Origin: Octopus sinensis
Taxonomy: Eukaryota
Direction: 5' to 3'
Length of the DNA: 32,811 nucleotides
NCBI RefSeq assembly: GCF_006345805.1
Contig: NW_021832730.1
Span: 1-32,811, forward strand
The number at the start of each line of letters is the position of its first letter. Position 1 is the first letter of the stretch. Below are positions 11,829 to 23,117 of the stretch, one piece after another. The position numbers and the translations under genes were made by a program. The notes beneath the pieces are model-generated. The model did no database searches, was not told where the DNA came from, and was given only the letters and a program-made list of their open reading frames with translations.

Positions 11829-11929
11829 TCTTTTACTGATGAAGTGTGACCTATGGTAGACTAGCTTAATTTAATTTAATTAAGCTGGTCTATCATTAAA
11901 GACACTGAAACGATGCATCGTATAAAAGA
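11829..11929 (+). ncRNA. Type I hammerhead ribozyme
   Basis: Stem I tctttta/taaaaga; core CTGATGA 11836-11842; stem II agtgt/acact enclosing a 19-bp hairpin; GAAA 11907-11910; stem III cgatgcatcg; GUA cleavage triplet ending at 11922. Confidence 0.92.
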
Positions 11930-12301
11930 TGAATTAGGGTAAATGTTTTTAAATTTTACTTATTTCCGAATTACACTACTTGGCGGTTGGAGTTCTGGCT
12001 GCTCTTTCTGGTGGACGAATGGCCTGTTTAGGCCATTCCTAAATTGTTATATTTATATATATTTAGTCTATGACTATTTTCTCTTTTCCACTAGGCCGCT
12101 GGTAGCGATAAATTTTTACTGAATTTTGCTACCCTACTAAATTGATTAATTGATAATTTTCTGACTAATTCTGAGATTGAATCGGCAGTTTATATTTGCT
12201 GCCGATAAGTTGGCGCGAATGCGTTGGTCTTGAAAATTTTAAGACAGATATTCCCGAGGCATTGATACAGTCGCCTCGTGTATATCCGTCTCTCCCAGGT
12301 T

Positions 12302-12402
12302 TCTTTTACTGATGAAGTGTGACCTATGGTAGACTAGCTTAATTTAATTTAATTAAGCTGGTCTATCATTAAAGACACTGAAACGATGCATCGTATAAAA
12401 GA
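12302..12402 (+). ncRNA. Type I hammerhead ribozyme
   Basis: Same motif as 11829-11929, with core at 12309-12315, GAAA at 12380-12383 and predicted cleavage after 12395. Confidence 0.92.
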
Positions 12403-12622
12403 TGAATTAGGGTAAATGTTTTTAAATTTTCACCTTATTTCCGAATTACACTACTTGGCGGTTGGTTGGAGTTCTGGCTGCTCTTTCTGGTGGACGAATG
12501 GCCTGTTTAGGCCATTCCTAAATTGTTATATTTATATATATTTAGTCTATGACTATTTTTCTTTTCCACAAGGCCGCTGGTAGCGATAAATTTTTACTGA
12601 ATTTTTTGCTACCCTAAATTGA

Positions 12623-12709
<87 letters not shown>

Positions 12710-12722
12710 CAAACATATGTAA

Positions 12723-12756
<34 letters not shown>

Positions 12757-12860
12757 GTACCCAATCCAATACAAACTGTAGATGCAGCCCAGGGATGGAA
12801 CCAAGTGCAGCGATTGCATAAAACTTGAACGTATATGACATGCATGTATACATGTATGTG

Positions 12861-12906
<46 letters not shown>

Positions 12907-13841
12907 GTGTGTGTGTGTGTTTGTGTGTGTTTAGGCGTATACCTCTTTGAGCGTATGAGACTTTTAATGCTTATTCATTTTGATTTTCTTTGGTTTGCAA
13001 TTATTGCTAGGGTGCGCTTTATTTTGGCTTCTTTATTGTTTTTCTTTTTAATCTATATTCTTTCTAATTTTGACTTTGTACTTTTGGTAATAATAAGTGA
13101 TAGAGATGCAGTCTATTGAATTGTCTAGAGCTTATTTGTTAGGTGGAGAAAGCATTTGATTTCTGTCTGTGTGTAATGGTGTAAAGGTTGCTTTAAGAAA
13201 GGTGTTTTATAAATGGAGTTATTTGTAAAACTAATTAAGGATGTGCGTTTTGTGAGGAACCAAATCCCTAACAAATGATACTATTCACAACTGACAGATT
13301 TTGGGAGATTGTTTAGTGAATAAATAAAGCTTCATATTTTTTATATTCTTTTACAGTTTAAAGTATTCTATCGTTTTTTTCCCTTCTTTCTTTTTTTTTC
13401 ATTCGAAAAGTGTAGAATGATGAATTTGCGAGTGAGGTGTTTCGCTCTTTTTATGTTGTGCGTATTCGACTGATACGATAGTGTCAGTGAGTGAATACGA
13501 ATCAACAGAGAATTTAAAGTTTAGTCCTGCAACAATTTGTATTGAGAAATGAATACAGAGTGAGCATAGAATGAAAAACGAGGTAATAAATTATTCGTTA
13601 CTTCGCCAAGATGAACCATTCAGCAAAAGCGAAATGTTTGACTTCTTCAAAGATATTACCTTTCCCAATTTCACACATTTCTTCTGGCAAAATTCCAAAG
13701 TCTCGCTTAGTTATAATGAATCCACAACTGAAGTAAAATTCTATTAGTTTCGAGATGATTTCTGTTACGCTGTTCATGCAGTTAGATATTATATCTCGAA
13801 GGACGAACATTTTTGTACATATACTTCTTAGTCACTTCATG

Positions 13842-13847
13842 TTATTA

Positions 13848-13931
<84 letters not shown>

Positions 13932-13950
13932 ATAGTAGTAGTAATAGTAT
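13842..13950. repeat. (TTA)n-(CTA)n-(GTA)n compound microsatellite
   Basis: Direct inspection. Confidence 0.9.
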
Positions 13951-15929
13951 CGTTATATCTTCAGCATTCTCATTATAGGATATTCCGTTTCAGTTTTTGC
14001 CCACACCATCGTATCCCGTGAAATTTTAGAATAGCGATTTCTCTCCCATTTGCTTCTACATTTGTTTTATTCTTTGTTACGTTGACATTCACTGGCCCAC
14101 CACAATCAAACTGTAAAGCTCAACTATGTGATAGCCTGCGACACTTACTGATTCAAAATTGAACACACAGGACCGTAGCTAAAGGAGGCAAAACCATTTT
14201 ATACGTTGCCCTTTACTGGATCAGCCAGGACACAACTTAATTACATGCTAGGAAGAAAGTTGTTTCGTTTAATTACTGGCGTGATTTGAATTCATTTATC
14301 AATTATTATTCACAACATTAAATGCAATATGCCCCACTTATCTAGATATTCCGCGTACGATAATCACACCCTGGAATTTTAAAATTTCTCGTGTAAATAC
14401 TTATGAACGAATCTGCGCAAACTCAGTGATTTTAAGGTATGATGAGTACGATTATAACTATGCTTCACTGAGAAAGTACAATTAGTCCAAAACGTGTTCT
14501 GTGTTTTTCCCTGAATATCAAGCATCTGACTTCACATCCCACTGCATTCTTCCAATTTAGGAGGAATTACAACCGTGTTTCGTGGTCTGCTACTACAACA
14601 GCTCCTTTATAGGATCCAGTTAGCTCAAGACATCATCAGGAGGAACCACGTCCGGTTTCGGCCTCTACGCCTCTACCGTTTTGAGGTGGCGGGGCCCCCA
14701 CTTTCGGAGGTGTCTTCAGCTCTGGTGTTGGGTGCAAGTCTTCTTTCTTCTTCTTTCTTCTGTTCCCTGGCCTCTTCAATGTATCGTCAGCGAGTGTCAG
14801 CCGGTGATTGACTGACTTTAAACAGTTGGGAATTTGTTGTTGTTTCCCTCAACTTTCACTAAAAGTACTTTGAAAATTAAGAATTAAGAATAATCTGATC
14901 ATTACCGATAATTTTTCCAATAATTAAAAAAGAGTCTTCCTTACAATAATAATGACAATTACCTCCTAATTGTTTTTCATGCTGAACACATCATGGAAAA
15001 TTTACACCTACCGATAGAAAGAGAAAGATACCGCCATTTGAGGTAAATAAACTACGTTAGAATAAATATCTACTTCAAAGAAAGAGAGAGAGAGAGAGAA
15101 TGCGCGCGCGCGTGTGTGTGAGAGAGAGAGAGAGATAGAAACACTGACACTTTTCAACTAATATCTTAAACAGATTATAACTTTTAGTGCAGAAGAAAAT
15201 GTCTGACGGTGATAAAAATTTTGTTCTAAGACGAACATGAGCGTATTTTTGTGAAGTGATTTAACAATAACTGCACTCTAATTCTGTTCACTTTCTCACG
15301 GAAATTCAAATAACCATTTGACGCATCTCTTTTTTTTTTTTTTTTTTTCATTACCAACTGCCATCCACGTTTATAAACTGATTAGCTCTTACAAAAGTTT
15401 TCTTTGCTTTTTTTTTCTTGTTCCTTTAGAGAGTAAAGTGGAAATCCGAGTGCCACCCACCATTATCGATTAAGGGAAAACTCTCTCAAATTGCTTCGTC
15501 ATGCATGCTGAAACGTTGTCTTCATTCTACAATTGTACATGTAATATATTTAAAATAATTCAAGAAAAGTTTTGTACATAAAACATTTCAAGTCATGGAC
15601 CAGTTCGCAATTATTATTCTTTCTTTCTCTTCCCTTCTTGACCCATCTCACTCTCTCACTCTCTTCTTGAATGAAGTAATTGACCAAAGTAGTTTAATCG
15701 CTACAGATGATGTCCAGATACTTTTCTTTTTATTTTCGTTGTACCTGCAACCAGTTCGTCAGAGTCACTTCAGAAGTTTAGCCAATGGTACATTCTGCAA
15801 CACATTTAGATTTTACTTAAATTCTCTCCATTTTCATTTTGAAAAATGTTGCAATCCGACATTTTCTTTATTTATTGCAAACAGGCGTAGGGCTTGCTCT
15901 GAGGTAAGAATCTTGCTGTTCTATATTTG

Positions 15930-16091
15930 AGAGATGAGGAATTATGTACATTACTTACATTATTTACATTTGTCGAATATTTGTCCTCACCTTGTTTGTT
16001 GTTAACACGACCTTTCGGCTGATATACTCTCCAGCCATCATCAGGTGTCTTGGGGAAACATGGCTTCTCATTCCTTAAGTATTTTTCGATG

Positions 16092-16148
<57 letters not shown>

Positions 16149-16283
16149 TATGTTTGACTTTTGCTTTACATTTGCACAAGATGGCTCCAAGTCTCACCCA
16201 AAGACCTCAAGAGACAACAAGCTGGAAGTTCATGTTGGTGTTATGTCTAGAGTGCCATATATTTGGTTTTGTACTTAGTGTTA

Positions 16284-16358
<75 letters not shown>

Positions 16359-16437
16359 CATTCAGGTCACTGCCTTGACTCGAACTCGGAATCTTGGGCT
16401 TAGCAGCCTGCGCTCTCAACCAATACGCCATATGCCC
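15930..16437 (-). mobile_element. tRNA-headed SINE-like element with hammerhead-bearing tail (family D, copy 2)
   Basis: Minus-strand head gggcatatggcgtattggttg..ctgctaa..gagttcgagtc, then two (AAT)n tracts, then the HHR and the same tail as copy 1. Confidence 0.8.
16004..16049 (-). ncRNA. Minimal type I hammerhead ribozyme
   Basis: Minus strand: gacac CTGATGA t ggctg gagagtatat cagcc GAAA gg TC gtgtt. Stems I and II pair fully; the stem III palindrome is mutated. Confidence 0.7.
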
Positions 16438-16499
16438 ACGTTGTGTTAACAACAAACATAATGAGGACAAATAAAGAACAAATTGAGGACAAATGTAAA

Positions 16500-16912
16500 G
16501 AAGCTTGATTCCCAACAAAATCGTTCCCATCCACATGGTTTCCAACCACAAAGTTCCAGGCTTACTGCTTGGCATCGTTAGTAAATGTCTTCTACTATAG
16601 ACTCAAACCGATCAAAGTGTCAGAGTGGATTTGGTAGACAGAAAAGTAAAGAAACCTGTTCTATATATTGCAAAGTGGGGGGAGGCGTGTGTTTGTATGT
16701 GTGTCTTTGTTTCTATGTCTATCCACTCATAAACACATGACAGGCTGTATTGCTATGTCTACGACCTTGTAACTTAGCGGCTCGTTAAATGACACGGATT
16801 GAACAAGTACCAGCATTAATAAAATTAACTACTAGATTCGATTCATTTTACTCAAAATTCTTCTTGGCGGTGCCTCAGCATGCCCGCCGTCTAACGACTG
16901 AAACAAGTAAAA
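16500..16912 (+). mobile_element. tRNA-derived SINE, family B (old, 5'-damaged)
   Basis: gtcttctactatag..gagtggatttggtagacagaaa..gtaacttagcgg..gactgaaacaagtaaaa. Confidence 0.75.
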
Positions 16913-17334
16913 TATCAAAAATAATAGATGAAGAAAAAGTATTTTTCTCAAAAACATAAGAAATAACTATAAATTTCTTTGAATGCTTTAAATACTGATA
17001 TAACATAAATAATGTAAATAATGTAAATGTAATAGAATATTGTGAATATTTTAGTATCTTCCATCACATTGCTTTGGCTGCCCCAGGAACAACGCAGAAT
17101 ATTGCTTTCGGTATCGGATTCAACTGGCATTAATAAGAAAGATATAGGGAAAGAATTTGTATTTTGGAGTCATTATTTTTAGATTTGATTTCATACAGTT
17201 CCTGGCCAAAGCCAAACACACTCACACACACACACACAAACAGACATATATATACACACATACTCGTGCTTCTATGAGTGTGTACATATTACACACACAT
17301 GTATATATATATATGTGTACATATCAATACATAC

Positions 17335-17390
<56 letters not shown>

Positions 17391-17527
17391 TATATATAAG
17401 TATGTATGGTTATGTATATCGATATATATATAATATATATATATATTATATATATAAATGTACATATCAAAACATATATATAAATACATACATACATAAA
17501 TAAATAAATATATATATATATAATATG

Positions 17528-17570
<43 letters not shown>

Positions 17571-18303
17571 CAGACACAGAGACACAGACACACACTTATG
17601 CACATCTAAACTAACATTGTCAGTGATCTAATTTTCTAAAATGATTACATTAGAGAGTCGCTCGATATTTTTTTATATTATTTGAAATTAAAATATATAC
17701 AAAATGAGAAAACAATCATTAGTTTTAATGATAATTACTTTAGATTCTAGCCTAGAACTACGAAATTAAAAGTGTGTGTGTGCATATAATACTTGATATA
17801 TATATAATGTTCATAGCTATACCTGTCTTCGTCTTTTGCTTTTTGTGAATTCCCCACCATATATATATGTATGCATGTATGTATACACACACATATATAC
17901 ATACACACGCACGCACTCACACATATAAATATGTACATATACATTGTGTCATCCTATAAATAATGCGATTTTTTGTATTTTCAAAATTAAACGGATTGTA
18001 TCTGAACCTTAAAATTATAGTTAGATTGTTTCAAACCCTGTTACCCTTTTTTTAAAGCAAGCTGGATCAAACAAGAAAAGTAGATAAATCCTTGATTCAA
18101 AATTAATTCCAGAATATAAATTTTCAGCAAATTCATCAGTTTTTCATTCGGCGAAGAACCAGGGGAATAAGTATAAGTAGAATCCATTGAATTTCAATAC
18201 ACAACTTCGTTTCAGTTTCTACTTTTTTCATAAGAGGAGACTACTGGCAGTTACCATTACAGTTTTATCAGGTCATCTAATGGTTAGAGGTCAACACCAG
18301 ACC

Positions 18304-18508
18304 AGCGGACTTAGCCTGAATTCTTCTTTTGAGAAAATTAACTCTATTTCAGACACCTAAAATCTAGTGTTAAATAGAACGGTGTATTCCGTCAATAATT
18401 CCAGGCAAGCGGATTTAGCCTGAATTCTTCTTTTGAGAAAATGAACTTTATTTCAGGCACCTAAAATCTAGTGTTAAATAGAACGGCGTATTCCGTCAAT
18501 AATTCCAG
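18304..18508 (+). repeat. Tandem duplication, 104-bp period, two copies
   Basis: agcggaYttagcctgaattcttcttttgagaaaat..ccgtcaataattccag begins at 18304 and at 18408. Confidence 0.92.
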
Positions 18509-18859
18509 TTAAAACCTAAAGAGATATCTAGCAAACGATGCTGCCTTCAAGGAGACCAGTAAAGACAGAAAAAATAGAAATAAACAGGAAAGAGAGGAGA
18601 AATACTCAGAGGTCATTACAGTTTCCAGTGTGCGTGTAGGGGTGGGGTTACGGTTGAGAGTTGATAAATCTTGTTCAATAATTGAGTAAAATATGTTTCT
18701 TTTTCTAAGCTGCTCGTGAATTCTGTCAACATTTGACCTATGTTACAGTTATTGTAATATATGACGGTCTTATCATAATTTACGTTACTTTCAGTTGCGT
18801 TTTAGTGTGAGAATTTTGCTTGTGTGTGTGTGTGTCCGCGTTCGTTTGTGTGTGTGTCT

Positions 18860-19440
18860 ATGCGCGCGCATTTGTGTGTATGTGCTCGTGTATGTGTCTG
18901 TGCGTGTGTGTGCCTGTTCTTTTCTTTTGTTTGTGTGTGAGCGTATGTATATGTGTGTGTGTGTATGTTTGTCTGTGTTTTTATCTGTCTGCGTGTGTAT
19001 ACCTGTGTGTGTTTGTGGTGTATGTGTGCGTGTGTGGTTGCGTGTGTGTATGCGCGCGCGTTTGTGTGTATGTGCGCGTGTCTGTGTCTGTGCGTATGTC
19101 TGTGCTCGTGTGTGTTCGTTTCTTTTTTTGTGTGTGAGCGTGTGTGTATGTGTGTATGTATATTTGTCTGTGTTTTTATCTGTCTGTGTGTGTATACCTG
19201 TGTGTGTTTGTAGTGTATGTGTGCGTGTGTGGTTGCGTGTGTGTATGCGCCCGCATTTGTGTGTATGTGCGCGTGTCTGTGTCTGTGCGTATGTCTGTGC
19301 GCGTGTGTGTTCGTTTCTTTTTTTGTGTGTGAGCGCGTGTATATGTGTGTATGTATATTTGTCTGTGTTTTTATCTGTCTGTGTGTGTATACCTGTGTGT
19401 GTTTGTGGTGTATGTGTGCGTGTGTGGTTGCGCGCGCGTG
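18860..19440. repeat. Minisatellite, 195-bp period, ~3 copies, built from degenerate (GT)n
   Basis: The marker ttatctgtct recurs at 18981, 19176 and 19371. Confidence 0.9.
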
Positions 19441-19629
19441 AGTGTGTGCGTGCGCGCGCGCGTGGGGTGCGCGTATGCAAATGAGATTCAAAAGCGTTCA
19501 GGGAAACATTCTCAAAACTAACAGATAAGATATACTTGTTATTTGTATTTTAATTATTTCTGTTAAATTTATTTACCATTTTACTTAGATTTATTTATAT
19601 CTTATTCATTTTTATTTAATTTATATTTC

Positions 19630-20052
19630 TCTTTTACTCTATTACGCTTTTACTTGTTTCAGTCATTTGACTGTGGCCATGCTGGAGCACCAACTTTAGT
19701 CGAGCAAATCGACCCCAGGGACTTATTCTTTGTAAGCCTAGTACTTATTCTATCGGTCTCTTTTGCCGAACCGCTAAGTTACGAGGACGTAAACACACCA
19801 GCATCGGTTGTTAAGCGATGCTGGCGGGTACAGATACAGGCACACAAACATATACACACACACACACATATATATTATACATATATACGACAGGCTTCTT
19901 TCAGTTTCCATCTACCAAATCCATTCACAAGGCTTTGGTTGGCCCGAGACTATAGTAGAAGACACTTGCCCAAGGTGCCACGCAATGGGACTGAACCCGG
20001 AACTATGTGGCTTGTAAGCAAGCTACTTACCACACAGCCACTCCTACGCCTA
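19630..20052 (-). mobile_element. tRNA-derived SINE, family B (full length)
   Basis: Homologous end to end with 8328-8747. Confidence 0.9.
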
Positions 20053-21759
20053 TAAATTTCATTTATTAATTTATTGATTCATATATTATTTAAACTTGTT
20101 ATTTGTCTTTTATTTCTATGTCAAAGCTTCGTCAATTATCCAGAATCAAGGATTTATTTAATTTAAGTTTATTCCAGCCTGCTTCAAAACCCCGTAACAG
20201 CGCGTTAACACAATCTAACCAGGATTTTAAGGTTCAGATACATTCACATTAAGAAACGATTAGAATGAAGAATTAAATATCTATTTAATTCCTAGGAGCC
20301 TCACATGCAGAACGTGGAATTCATAAGTTTATCAAGACCTTGGTTGTTAATTGAACTCATGGGTTACTGTAGAAGTGAGTTTTATTTCACATTACATTTT
20401 TCTTTGGGGAGTAACAGCTATCTCCTACTTACTTACCCAGAGAACGTATGAAAAATGGTCAATATTTCCTTCAAACTTTGCTTTTCTTATAACTGTTCAA
20501 GCCGCAAAGTACCCCTCTCAACATATGGCTATGACGCTCCTCCATTATTCGTGATGATCATCAGAGATGCACGTTTTCCCACCTATTAAGGGACATGCTT
20601 TAGTGGATAACGTCAAGCAACTGTCAAGCAAATCTGTGGTATTGAGCAGAATATTTGCTATAACTATATTTCTGCTTCAGCAATTCAGCGCTGAATCGGG
20701 CCGAAGTGAAATGGAAAATAGGTCACTTTCCAAAAATCGATGCCCAGTCGCAAAAGCAGTTTGAAGGAAATAGTAGTTATTTCTTTTGATTTCTCAATAG
20801 AAGCAAATAGGAAATGACATTCACTGAGCTAAAACAAAAATAGATAAATATATAAATAAATAAATAAATTGGTAACACTATTAAAATTTGATAATGATTA
20901 CTGCAATATAAAGACGTAGAGAAAAGCATTAGATAATTCTGAGACGCCGTATTTTATGATCGAATCTCACTGGGACGGGGTTTGCTGTTCTTCCTTTTGA
21001 GAGTGGAGAGTAGAATTAAGAAGATTTGTTTGTGATCAAGACAAATGCCTCCACCTAATGCTCAACGTATCTACAACGAGAATGCCCGTTCTAGGAAAAT
21101 GCGGACAAAAGATAAATGGATACTAACATGTATATTCAATTTTATAGACATTATAATATGGATAATAAGAAGTTCTAACGCTGGAAGTATTCAGTATTCA
21201 CAGTGATGGATACATTTTCTCCCATTACCACTGTGCATTCTTTATTGTGTGTAACTCTTGAGTGACCCACAATACATTGCTCATGCGCAAATAGAATATT
21301 TTAGAAGAGTAGACGTATTTTACTCATTTATTGATCGAGATTTATTAACTGTCAACCGTAAAAGCACACACACACACGCACACACACGCACACACATACT
21401 GGATAATGTAATGACTATAACTGGCAGAGTATTTCTCCTGTTTCCTATTTCTTTCTATCTATTCTGACTTTATTGGTTTCCTTGAAGACATAATTTTTTG
21501 TTATTTATCTGTTTAGATTTTATCTTTTACTAGATATTTTTATAGTCCTACTGTATGTCCTTTGTAATAGATTTGTAGATGTATAAGGTCTCTATCTCCA
21601 AGTATTAGATTTAAACATAAATCATTCTTTATCAGTCTTGCGTGCTGCTTTCAAAACGCAATCATTATTTTACTTTGTTTCTGTCTATCACCGTTTCCAC
21701 TAGCGAATATTATAATTATAACAAGGAAAGACAATGCTCCCAGACCGGGAAAGTAAGTC

Positions 21760-22060
21760 GATATTGTTGGACGTACGTTCATATTCCAGCAAGACAAGGA
21801 AACTTCTATCCATTTTAGATGAGATGTGACAGCAATGTTGGGGAACTATGCGAATAAGAGTAACGCAATGGAGAATGTTCATCCTATAGATAAACTGGAT
21901 GTCAAGTTGATAACTTTTGCATAGGCGTTTGAAATGAGGTTAGTGATTGCTTTTGGTGATGTAATTAGCAAATCTAGGCCTATATCCTGAACAGATATTT
22001 CCCGCAAAGACTTCCCCTCATATAATCCAGTACATCATAGAGATATATGCTGCTCTAATA
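21760..22060 (+). mobile_element. Possible decayed Tc1-like transposase fragment
   Basis: GRTFIFQQDKETSIH (cf. FIFQQDNAPxH) and, further on, FPSYNP..IIEI (cf. WPxxSPDLNxIEN). Confidence 0.4.
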
Positions 22061-22461
22061 AGTTTGGATCGAAGAATTTGATTATAGGTAGTAGGTGTTT
22101 GTTCCGAAGCAGACGATTTTGATACCCTTTAGAAACGTTCAAAACTTTCAACGTACAGTGACGTTTGCTCAGTGGTTAGAATAAATAGCAACATATCCGA
22201 AAATTAAATAAGAAACATGGTCGGTCAAAGTCTCTCAGCAATTGTGTGTCCTGATTTTCGAGGCGCTACTGCAAAAACTGCTAGCGTAGTAGAGTCTGGT
22301 CGATACTTCAGGTAGAGGTTTAGTTATGGTTTTGAATGGATGATTCGAAAGCACAGGGAGATGGACGATCTTATGAACAGAGTGTGCATTTTCGTCCAGA
22401 AATGAGGTGAGAGGGGTGTATCTCTGAAAATTTGATTGAATGTAGGAACAGTGTTCATAAT

Positions 22462-22539
<78 letters not shown>

Positions 22540-22582
22540 TGTCACATATAAACTAACTATAACTTAACCATCTTCTCACATC

Positions 22583-22634
22583 GTCTCCGATGAAGGGATA
22601 TAATTAATAAATATCTTAGAAACACCTGTAAGAC
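22583..22634 (+). ncRNA. Minimal type I hammerhead-like motif (core variant CCGAUGA)
   Basis: gtct CCGATGA agggatat aattaataa atatctta GAAA c acct g TA agac. Stem I is gtct/agac and stem II is gggatat/atatctt. Confidence 0.6.
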
Positions 22635-22708
22635 CTATCTATGAATGCTCTAATATCTAAACTGCCTTGGGGTTTTTAATCTTATCACGCAAACAATTCT
22701 TTTATGTG

Positions 22709-22740
<32 letters not shown>

Positions 22741-22971
22741 GATATATATATACGATTTCGAAACGTACGTCCGTAGATGACTTTTTATTGTATGATCGAT
22801 TGTCGTCATTTTCTTTCTCTCTTGCCTGTCTGTGTTTGCCTTTCAAGTGCTGTGGTTTTACTGAGATCTCCCTTTTAGTAGAAAGGAATAGCTATAACTC
22901 TTTGACTGCTATTTCTAAATTCGGTGTGTGGTGAGGCAAATCGTTGCTAAACTCTTAATTACTTAGTATAT

Positions 22972-23034
<63 letters not shown>

Positions 23035-23035
23035 C

Positions 23036-23117
<82 letters not shown>
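22972..23117. repeat. (GATA)n/(GA)n microsatellite
   Basis: Direct inspection. Confidence 0.95.

Larger units (their letters stand above)
10940..12628. mobile_element. Retrozyme-like array of a ~473-nt hammerhead-containing unit: one minus-strand copy (10940-11371) joined head-to-head to ~2.7 tandem plus-strand copies (11371-12628)
   Basis: Near-identical repeats with CTGATGA at 11836 and 12309 (period 473). Both outer ends abut (TA)n, and there is no ORF. Confidence 0.9.

Noticed and set aside
10940-12628. CRISPR-like or coding interpretation of the array
   Set aside because: Whole units repeat with no unique spacers, there is no ORF, and the context is eukaryotic.
15655-15800. Minus-strand exon between ttgcag and gtgag
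   Set aside because: All three frames from the first acceptor contain stops, and the shorter alternative has no recognisable product.
18791-19491. Three 229-aa ORFs (His/Thr-rich or Cys/Val-rich)
   Set aside because: They are a stop-free by-product of degenerate (GT)n repeats, open in several frames on both strands.
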